A stretch of DNA of 28,909 bases. Origin: a virus (lineage: Duplodnaviria; Caudoviricetes). This document shows positions 1 through 6,397 of this stretch, piece by piece. The stretch spans positions 1 through 28,909 of IMG/VR virus record IMGVR_UViG_3300049174_000044, one strand, 5' to 3'. Numbering within the stretch: position 1 is the first letter of the stretch; each line of letters starts with the position of its first letter. Both the position numbers and the translations under genes were made by a program. The notes beneath the pieces were generated by a model. It saw only the letters and a program-made list of their open reading frames with translations. It did not search any database and was not told where the DNA came from.

Positions 1-158
1 TGGGTGCCGTTGTCGCCGAGGCGGGGAACCATCTCGGCGTTGAACGGCGCTATAGCGATGTAGGCGAGCGCGGCGACGAGAATGTTTATCGCGATCATCA
101 TCCCGACCGCGACGACCACCGCGACCCGTGAAGCGGTGGTGTGCCAGTGCCGCTTCAC
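1..158 (-). CDS. Membrane protein, holin candidate (partial, runs off the window's left edge)
   Basis: Not in the ORF track. GTG at 158 overlaps the HNH stop (GTGA). Reads MKRHWHTTASRVAVVVAVGMMIAINILVAALAYIAIAPFNAEMVPRLGDNGT with one long hydrophobic segment; lies downstream of the lysins. Confidence 0.6.
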   Translation of the reverse strand, partial: MKRHWHTTASRVAVVVAVGMMIAINILVAALAYIAIAPFNAEMVPRLGDNGT

Positions 159-832
159 AGCTTCTTCGCCCACTCGGTCCTCCCGACCTTGCGATACCGT
201 CGCGTTCTCTCACGGCTACATTCGATACAACGGCGGTGAGTCCCATCACTATCGACTCTCACATATGTGTTCTCGGGTGTGAACTCATGTCCGTGCTTGC
301 AGTGAGTCTTCGGAATCCTCGGCGGCCGTTTCGGTCGTTCCTGTCTCCGATGCCATTCACGGCGGCTGTGGTTAGAGCACTTACGGCATGCCCGCCCATT
401 ATCACCGTTGGGTGCGGTGTTCTCGGGTGTGAACTCATGCCCACGCTTGCAGTGAGTCTTGGAAGCGTTGTGGTGGGTGCCATTACGAACAGCGTCCAGG
501 ATGTTTTCGGTGCGGGTTCCCCACCGTAGATTCTCCAGGCGATTATCGGCGGGGTCGTCGTTGTAGTGGCACGCTTCCAACCCTGGAGGACAAGGCCCGA
601 CGAACGCTTCCAACATCAACCTGTGGACGAGTCGCTTCATCTGCTTACCGGGACTGCAAAGGCTGACGGTGAGATGGCCGGACTCCGTGTGCGCAGCTTT
701 AAGTATCTGGCCATGGCGTGAGTTTGTTCCTGTGCCGCGACGGCGGACACGGTCTAAGCTTCGCACCCGGCCTAGAGTGCTGATCTCGTAAGAATCCTCA
801 AACCCCGCTATGCCACACCACATTTCGGTCAT
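155..832 (-). CDS. NUMOD4-motif HNH endonuclease with duplicated C-terminal Cys/His module
   Basis: N-terminal W-x-x-I-x-G-F-E-x-x-Y-E-I-S-x-x-G-R-V-R-S (NUMOD4). HNH core VHRLMLEAFVGPCP..CHYNDDPADNRLENLRWGT..EN. Two copies of THCKxGHEFTPENT...R.C..C. Confidence 0.92.
   Translation of the reverse strand: MTEMWCGIAGFEDSYEISTLGRVRSLDRVRRRGTGTNSRHGQILKAAHTESGHLTVSLCSPGKQMKRLVHRLMLEAFVGPCPPGLEACHYNDDPADNRLENLRWGTRTENILDAVRNGTHHNASKTHCKRGHEFTPENTAPNGDNGRACRKCSNHSRREWHRRQERPKRPPRIPKTHCKHGHEFTPENTYVRVDSDGTHRRCIECSRERTRRYRKVGRTEWAKKL
267..460. repeat. Two 44-nt direct repeats (267-310 and 417-460) within the HNH gene
   Basis: 41/44 identical by manual alignment, 150 nt apart; each encodes KTHCKxGHEFTPENT. 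Confidence 0.9.
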
Positions 833-1111
833 CTACGTCAATTTACCCTTCAGCCATTCAGACACATCAAAGATTTCCGACAGGGGTCCAATGTCCACGT
901 CTGGAATGTTATTGAGCTGCTTGCGCACGTCCTCGGCCAGGTCGGGGATCGCGGGTAGGTGCAACTCCGGAATGTGCAGCTTCAGTTGATCACTGATGGT
1001 TTTGGCTACGGCGGCGGCGATCACCGGCAGCAGAGCCGTCACCTGTTTCACGATCAACGGACCCAGCTTCTCGATCAGCTTCTCGGCCAGCATGGTTGCG
1101 ATAGCGTTCAC
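833..1111 (-). CDS. Hypothetical amphipathic helical protein (92 aa), possibly a lysis accessory
   Basis: GTGA coupling to the upstream gene, GGAGG upstream, stop abuts the HNH start. Amphipathic N-terminus and IPD/LPD-rich C-terminus loosely recall Ms6 Gp1-like proteins (weak). Confidence 0.7.
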   Translation of the reverse strand: MNAIATMLAEKLIEKLGPLIVKQVTALLPVIAAAVAKTISDQLKLHIPELHLPAIPDLAEDVRKQLNNIPDVDIGPLSEIFDVSEWLKGKLT

Positions 1112-1275
1112 TGTTCCTCCACTTTCGTTGTGATCGCCGACAAATAGCCGACCTTGCAGTCCTCCAGGTTGTGGTAGCCCTCACCGGAGTCGGCGACCGT
1201 TTTGCCGTTGGTTGCGATGGCCCGCCAGCGCCACTGGTTGTTCAGGTCCTTGTAGTACTCGACGTGGGACGGCAT
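1108..1275 (-). CDS. YegP/DUF1508-family small protein (55 aa)
   Basis: Not in the ORF track. MPSHVEYYKDLNNQWRWRAIATNGKTVADSGEGYHNLEDCKVGYLSAITTKVEEQ matches the YKD...WRWR..A.NG...ADSGEGY....C pattern; GGAG upstream; GTGA overlap with the next gene. Confidence 0.85.
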   Translation of the reverse strand: MPSHVEYYKDLNNQWRWRAIATNGKTVADSGEGYHNLEDCKVGYLSAITTKVEEQ

Positions 1276-1285
1276 CACGGCTCCA

Positions 1286-1477
1286 TCATTCGGGGCACAG
1301 TAGGCACCAGATGTGTTTCCAGCAGCAGCCGGTGCGGCCGGGTTTCACCCGGTCTTTCAGGCCGCAGGACCAGCAGCGCTGCCGCTTCGATGCCTGCCAG
1401 TACACGTCGCATCGCGCACATGTCCAGCGCTCTAGTAGTACTGGCCGGCGAACGGGCCGGGCACCGCCGCTATCCAC
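1286..1477 (-). CDS. Cys-rich putative zinc-binding small protein; start uncertain
   Basis: CARCDVYW..CWSCG..CCWKH..CLLC, mostly G/C third positions, fills an otherwise empty gap. The only upstream start (GTG 1477) lies inside the preceding gene. Confidence 0.4.
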   Translation of the reverse strand: MDSGGARPVRRPVLLERWTCARCDVYWQASKRQRCWSCGLKDRVKPGRTGCCWKHIWCLLCPE

Positions 1478-1575
1478 AGCACCAGTCCGATGATGATGAG
1501 CGCCGCCCCGACATACACCAACGGCCGAAATAAGAACCAGCCGAGGATGAGCAGGATCAGTCCCAGGATGATCAT
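1432..1575 (-). CDS. Small two-TM membrane protein (47 aa), DUF6131-like
   Basis: Not in the ORF track. Strong RBS AAGGAGG; MIILGLILLILGWFLFRPLVYVGAALIIIGLVLWIAAVPGPFAGQYY. Confidence 0.8.
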   Translation of the reverse strand: MIILGLILLILGWFLFRPLVYVGAALIIIGLVLWIAAVPGPFAGQYY

Positions 1576-1609
1576 CGCGTCCTCCTTGCAGTCGCCATAA
1601 CTGTGCTGT

Positions 1610-1732
1610 CTACTGGGTGAGTAGTCCGAGTTGGTCGAGCACCGTCAACACAATCCCTGCCACCAAACCCCCGGCGACGAGCAGGCACGCCACGATCGCC
1701 ACAAGCATCTGGACACGCTCCCGGCGGGTCAC
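1610..1732 (-). CDS. Single-TM small membrane protein (40 aa), lysis cassette
   Basis: GTG at 1732 overlaps the lysB stop (GTGA); MTRRERVQMLVAIVACLLVAGGLVAGIVLTVLDQLGLLTQ has a basic N-terminus followed by a TM helix. Confidence 0.75.
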   Translation of the reverse strand: MTRRERVQMLVAIVACLLVAGGLVAGIVLTVLDQLGLLTQ

Positions 1733-2862
1733 TGCAGCCTGCTCGCGACGTCGATCGGGAAGCCCTGATTCCACATCGCCCAGGTGCCGGGGAACAGGTA
1801 AAGCGTTGCGGTGGGTACCTTTTCGCGGATCAGTGCTGCTGCTTTGTCGACCCCGGTCATGCCGTCCCACAACGCATACGCCGGGTCGCCGTATTTACCG
1901 TGCGCGTTGGATGCGATGAACTTCACCGCGTCGAACAGCAGATACACCAGATTCGGGAGTATCGCGAAAAGCTGCGACACCCCGAGCAGTTGCCCGAATA
2001 GGTTCGACGGTCCGCTTGTCATCACACCACCGAGCCCGGACAGCACCCCGGCCAGCGGGTCGGAGGAGGGTTTCTGCCCGATCAGCTCCTGGAATGCCTG
2101 CGTCGGGAACATGGTGAACAGATACATCGCGAAATCGGTTGTGAGTTCGGCGCGCACCAGGATCTGGTACAGCAGAAACAACAGGCCGCGGGCGCGGGGA
2201 TACCAGTCCCCTTCGATGGAGAAACTGTAGTAGCGGTCCCGACACCACGCCGGTTGCGGCGCTTTCGAGATGCCTTCGCCGGGGTCGTCGCCGAGCAGCG
2301 ACCCGTCGGCGGGCATCGCCGGGTCACCGAACGTGACCACCATTTTCACGAACTGGCGCCACTCGGTGGGTAGCCGGTCCAGGAATTTCTTCACCGACAC
2401 GCCGCCCATGCTGTAGCCGATGGGGATGATCGGCATACCGACGTGGCTGCTGTAGAGCCGGAACGCTTCGGCGGCGAAGTCGTTGGTGTCCTTCTCGAAC
2501 GATGGCGCGTTGGGTGGGTTCAGAAACGCTTCAGATCTCGCCCACACCCCTTGGATGGGGTAGCGCGAAGGTTTGGGTTGCGGCGGCCCCGGCGGGGTAT
2601 AGGCGCCGATCGCTTGGCGCACAGCAAGATTCGCCACGCCGTCGGTGCGGAGCTGTTTGTGTTCGGTGGCGTTGATGTAGGTGGTGAGGTCCCGGATCGC
2701 GGCGGCGGTGGCTTCGGTGTAGGTGGTGTCCTCGACGACGCCGTGCTCGCGGGCGTGCGAGTTACGCGGGTAGGCGTACAGCAGCCGGTGCTCGATCTTG
2801 CGCACTTCGGGGCTGACGTCGCCGATCCCGTACCCGATCCAGGCCCCGTGTTCGTCTTTCAT
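1729..2862 (-). CDS. lysB: Lysin B (alpha/beta-hydrolase, mycolylarabinogalactan esterase type) with N-terminal peptidoglycan-binding-like domain; apparently circularly permuted
   Basis: N-terminal W.GYG.GD.SPEV.KI...DG.AN. Nucleophile elbow GYSMG (2404-2418), FGDP, GDWY (candidate Asp), HGKY (candidate His). Lies downstream of lysA. Confidence 0.88.
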   Translation of the reverse strand: MKDEHGAWIGYGIGDVSPEVRKIEHRLLYAYPRNSHAREHGVVEDTTYTEATAAAIRDLTTYINATEHKQLRTDGVANLAVRQAIGAYTPPGPPQPKPSRYPIQGVWARSEAFLNPPNAPSFEKDTNDFAAEAFRLYSSHVGMPIIPIGYSMGGVSVKKFLDRLPTEWRQFVKMVVTFGDPAMPADGSLLGDDPGEGISKAPQPAWCRDRYYSFSIEGDWYPRARGLLFLLYQILVRAELTTDFAMYLFTMFPTQAFQELIGQKPSSDPLAGVLSGLGGVMTSGPSNLFGQLLGVSQLFAILPNLVYLLFDAVKFIASNAHGKYGDPAYALWDGMTGVDKAAALIREKVPTATLYLFPGTWAMWNQGFPIDVASRLQ

Positions 2863-2987
2863 TCGTCGGGCTCCTGACCTGATCCCTGGCAGACGATGGT
2901 GTCCCCGTCGAACGTGTCGAGGTAGTGCGTCGGGATCTCCGGGACGAACCGATCACCGCAGCCGGGGCAGCGCACAGGCTCGGTCAT
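2859..2987 (-). CDS. Small zinc-finger-like protein (42 aa) between lysA and lysB
   Basis: Not in the ORF track. MTEPVRCPGCGDRFVPEIPTHYLDTFDGDTIVCQGSGQEPDE; ATGA overlaps at both ends; CxxC...H...C.GSG. Confidence 0.78.
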   Translation of the reverse strand: MTEPVRCPGCGDRFVPEIPTHYLDTFDGDTIVCQGSGQEPDE

Positions 2988-4333
2988 TTCTTGTCAGCCG
3001 CCGCGAGTATCGTTTTCGCCCGATCCGCAGCCCAATCGGGCAGCTTCACTGGGGCTTTCCCGTCGGCTACCCTTTGCACTTTCGCCAGCGATGCGGGCTC
3101 GCCGAGCAGCGCCAGGATTTCGACCCTGGCTTCGTGGAGCATGCCGTTGGTTTGACGTAGCACTTCGTCGATGCCGCCGATGCTGTCGTCGTTGTCGCGG
3201 TAGATCGACCGGGACGCTTCTTTGCTCGGCATAGGCTCCTCCGGTTGTCCTGACATGAACGCCTCGACGTCGTGGGCCAGCACATCCCACGGGAAGTTCG
3301 GACCCATATCGGTGTGGTCACCCACCCCAAGATGCTCAGTCACGTAGGCGTGGTCGGCGATCCCCGGCGGATCATCCTCATACGGCGGCGATATCACCCG
3401 CGGCTGGATGCCGTATTTCTTGCAGTCAGCCACCATCAGCCACGCCATGATGCGGATCGCGTTGCGGGCGTGGCCGATCCAGTCATCGCGCGACCAGTTC
3501 ACGGTGGAGCGGCCGATCACGTAGTTGATGGAGCGGTTGTTCGCGTCCAGGCACGCCCACGCCGCCGCGTCGGTGTCCACCAGGTCGTAGACGGTGTTGC
3601 CGTCCGGGTCGTTGTCGATGACGTAGTGGTAGCTTCGGTCCCCCATGTTTTCCATGAAGTCGATCAGCTCGAGCCCGCCCGCCCCTTCGGTGGTGTGCCC
3701 GAGGCATAGGTCGATGGTGGTGCCCTGCCTGTTTTGGCACTGCCCCGAAATCTTGCGCTGCCCGACGAAGTTGACCTCGTTGAAGGATGGCCCGGTCACC
3801 GCCACCGGGGTCGGAGTCGGCAGCGGCACCGGGTGCTCAACGATGGCGCGGTTGTACAGATCCCACGCTTCGTCCCATTTTTGGGCGTAGCGGTCCGGGA
3901 ACGCGGACCCTTGCACTTGCTGGACGTAGGCGCCGGCCTTCTGCGGGTTGTCGCGGGCGTCTTCGTAGTCGTCGCACAGGGCGTTCAGAAATAGGTCCGT
4001 CGACTCTTCCAGCGACATGCGTTTGCGTGAACCTTCCGGGTCGCCGTACAAACCGCCCCAACCCCACGGCGGGCTGACACCCGGCGCGCTGCACTGCTGC
4101 TGGTAGTAACCCACCGACAAGCCGTCGTCGGATTGGGAGTCGTGCGGCCACTGCTCACTGCAGGGGTCCGCGTCGTTGTACGGGCACCAAAAATCCGACT
4201 CCACCAGAACACACATGATGCACATGACGGTGGCCAGGTCGTCGAGACCGCGGCGCAACGCTACCGCGTGAATGGTGCGCACCGCATCCTCTTTCGAGGT
4301 CATGCGTTCGTCGGCCTGCCACACGAAACTCAC
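2984..4333 (-). CDS. lysA: Lysin A (endolysin): N-terminal mycobacteriophage lysin domain, N-acetylmuramoyl-L-alanine amidase (Amidase_2), C-terminal binding domain
   Basis: Likely start GTG 4333 (MSFVW..., GTGA overlap). N-domain SDDGLSVGYYQQQ...VQGSAFPDRY. Amidase motifs HTTEG, SYHY, AWA..AN..SIN, H.YVT, HTD.GPNFPWD. Confidence 0.92.
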   Translation of the reverse strand: MSFVWQADERMTSKEDAVRTIHAVALRRGLDDLATVMCIMCVLVESDFWCPYNDADPCSEQWPHDSQSDDGLSVGYYQQQCSAPGVSPPWGWGGLYGDPEGSRKRMSLEESTDLFLNALCDDYEDARDNPQKAGAYVQQVQGSAFPDRYAQKWDEAWDLYNRAIVEHPVPLPTPTPVAVTGPSFNEVNFVGQRKISGQCQNRQGTTIDLCLGHTTEGAGGLELIDFMENMGDRSYHYVIDNDPDGNTVYDLVDTDAAAWACLDANNRSINYVIGRSTVNWSRDDWIGHARNAIRIMAWLMVADCKKYGIQPRVISPPYEDDPPGIADHAYVTEHLGVGDHTDMGPNFPWDVLAHDVEAFMSGQPEEPMPSKEASRSIYRDNDDSIGGIDEVLRQTNGMLHEARVEILALLGEPASLAKVQRVADGKAPVKLPDWAADRAKTILAAADKK

Positions 4334-4437
4334 AGCACGGTCTCCAGATCGTCGATGAGCCCGAGCACCGCGACCGCGACACCGATCGCGGCGGCGATGA
4401 CCAGACCGGCCACCAACGCGGCGTATCGCAGTTTCAT
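4330..4437 (-). CDS. Single-TM small protein (35 aa) immediately upstream of lysA
   Basis: Not in the ORF track. MKLRYAALVAGLVIAAAIGVAVAVLGLIDDLETVL; ATGA and GTGA overlaps at its ends. Confidence 0.78.
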   Translation of the reverse strand: MKLRYAALVAGLVIAAAIGVAVAVLGLIDDLETVL

Positions 4438-5522
4438 CTGCGTGGCATCCCCGCGTCGGTGAAACCACCCCACGGCGGAACCGGGGTGTCATAAGACGAT
4501 TGGGCGGCGGCGTGGGAGAACAAGCTCGCCGAGATCCACTTATCCCTGCTCGCGGTGTCGTGATTCAACGCGAACATGTACGCGAGTTTCCGCGGCGTGT
4601 CCAAACCCCACCACGGGCCTTTGCAGTAGGCGCTCACCCACCCCATCTCACTTGTCGGGTCATGCGATTCGATCATCCCGCCGTCCACAAGGCTGTTGCC
4701 GTGCTTGGACAGATCATTCGGTGTCGCGGTGTTGTAGCCGCCACCGTTGGACGACAGGCTGCCGCCCGTCCAGGTGCCGTTCACCAGGATGAACGCATCA
4801 CCCTTGCCGGCGGCACGCCGCGCATCCGCCACCTGACGGGCCGTCTTACAGATCGCCACCGCACCGGCCCGGTAGGCGGCCTGATCCACACTGCCCCAAT
4901 CAAACCCGGGATACCACGACCTCGAGCCGCAGTCATCCAGGAACCATCCCGAGGCGTGCGGGTTGTCGTCCAACATCTGGTGCAACACCCCGGCCAGTTT
5001 GGATTGCAGTATCCCGCCGGCCCGGAAATCCGCCAGCTTCCCCGTGCTGTTACACGTCAAACTGCCCGGCCACAACGGAACCGCGCCACCGTATTTGCTG
5101 CTGTTGAACAACAGGTTGTGGTACGGCCCCGTCACATTGAGCACCAAAGCGTCCAGATAGATCAACACCGTGCCGCCACCGGCCGCGACCTGCCGCACCG
5201 CGGTGTCCGCGAAATTCGTTCGCCCGCAGATCACCAGCGCGCCCGGTTTCGCGTACTGGCCCACCGCAGACGACGACGTGCCCCCGTACAGGATCAGGCC
5301 GGGTTGGGTGGGCCGATTCTTCGGCGTCACCGAAGGCGGCGGTGTCGGAGCGGGTTCCGGCTGCGGCGGGGTCGGATCTGGCTGCGGCGGTGTCGGTGTC
5401 GGCGCCGGCGCGAGGGTGTCCATCGTCACCTGAAACGTCGGAATCGACACCTGACCCACCACCGCACCCGAAGCATCCACGAGCGGGGTAGTAACCCCGG
5501 TCGCCTTATAGACTTCAGTCAT
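4434..5522 (-). CDS. Putative TIM-barrel glycoside hydrolase with N-terminal module and Pro/Thr linker
   Basis: About 37-aa N-module, then PAPTPTPPQPDPTPPQPEPAPTPPP linker, then alternating beta/alpha segments VLIYLD, GWFLDD, ILVNG, VDGGMIE, resembling GH114/GH135/GH166-like barrels. Family not resolvable by eye. Confidence 0.55.
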   Translation of the reverse strand: MTEVYKATGVTTPLVDASGAVVGQVSIPTFQVTMDTLAPAPTPTPPQPDPTPPQPEPAPTPPPSVTPKNRPTQPGLILYGGTSSSAVGQYAKPGALVICGRTNFADTAVRQVAAGGGTVLIYLDALVLNVTGPYHNLLFNSSKYGGAVPLWPGSLTCNSTGKLADFRAGGILQSKLAGVLHQMLDDNPHASGWFLDDCGSRSWYPGFDWGSVDQAAYRAGAVAICKTARQVADARRAAGKGDAFILVNGTWTGGSLSSNGGGYNTATPNDLSKHGNSLVDGGMIESHDPTSEMGWVSAYCKGPWWGLDTPRKLAYMFALNHDTASRDKWISASLFSHAAAQSSYDTPVPPWGGFTDAGMPRR

Positions 5523-5537
5523 ATGACACCCTGACCG

Positions 5538-6059
5538 CTACGCGCCGAGGAGGTCGTGATTCCAGGTCGCCGTGAGGGTGTCGGATGCGCCTTTCGCTGA
5601 TATCCCGGTGACCAGAATCCGCGAAATCGTGTTCGCCTCAAGGGATGTCGCGTCGGTGCCGATAGTATCGTTCACGACGACCGCTTCGGTTATCGGCGAA
5701 GCTGTGGTCGCCTCCCCTGCGGCGTACGTCCTTTTGTAAGTGATGCGCCGCGACGAACCGTTCAGCGAAGACTGCGGATAGGTGGCATCGAACGCTTTGT
5801 TGCTGCCTGTGAGGTAAGTGGTCAGCGCGGAGCCGGTGCTGTTCTTCGCGACCGCTGTCGACCCGGTACCCAACTTCATGCCCGTCGGTGAGGCCGGGGG
5901 CGAACCGATCCCCGCGCCGCGCTCCCCGTACATCTGGTCGCCGACGCGGGTGACCAGGTTCTTGCCGCGAAACGACTCAATCAGATTCCCATCCGCATCA
6001 CGGCGTTCCAAAATCAATTCACCGACCACACCGGAGTGGTCGCTGTGCTGTTCTGTCAT
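5538..6059 (-). CDS. Phage fibre/collar-like structural subunit (173 aa)
   Basis: NLVT..G ... MKLGTGSTA ... ITEA ... K.ASDTLT.TW pattern seen in small phage fibre proteins; ATGA-coupled to the upstream gene. Confidence 0.65.
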   Translation of the reverse strand: MTEQHSDHSGVVGELILERRDADGNLIESFRGKNLVTRVGDQMYGERGAGIGSPPASPTGMKLGTGSTAVAKNSTGSALTTYLTGSNKAFDATYPQSSLNGSSRRITYKRTYAAGEATTASPITEAVVVNDTIGTDATSLEANTISRILVTGISAKGASDTLTATWNHDLLGA

Positions 6060-6388
6060 TTTTTGATCCTCTCGTTGACGGGCAGAACATTCGTCGTCTG
6101 AAAATGCTCACCAGTGTTCAAATCGACATCGCAGGTCACCCGATATTTTACGGTGTCCCCGCCCCCGGAAAGCCGCACCGTCACCGTTTTCGTGGTGAAA
6201 CTGTCCTCCACAATTTCCAAAGCCTCATACGGCGCCACCGCATCGGGCTGCGACTCCAGCGTGACGGTCGCGGCGATGATGTTCACCAGCTCGGGAAGGA
6301 ACCGTTTCCCCTCCTCTTCCTCGTCGGAGCCCCAATCGAACACGTAGTCGGCGATATCGGCGGGGTCCTTCGTTTTCCACTTCCGCAC
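6056..6388 (-). CDS. Putative fibre-tail adaptor protein (110 aa)
   Basis: KDP.D..DY.FDW at the N-terminus and T.TV.LSGG....Y.VTC at the C-terminus; AGGAG upstream of the GTG. Confidence 0.65.
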   Translation of the reverse strand: MRKWKTKDPADIADYVFDWGSDEEEEGKRFLPELVNIIAATVTLESQPDAVAPYEALEIVEDSFTTKTVTVRLSGGGDTVKYRVTCDVDLNTGEHFQTTNVLPVNERIKK

Positions 6389-6397
6389 AACTGTCTC

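Noticed and set aside
4500-5534. 344-aa plus-strand ORF and similar shadows (7520-8506, 19112-19990, 20111-20995)
   Set aside because: Each lies fully opposite a well-supported minus-strand gene in a coupled operon.
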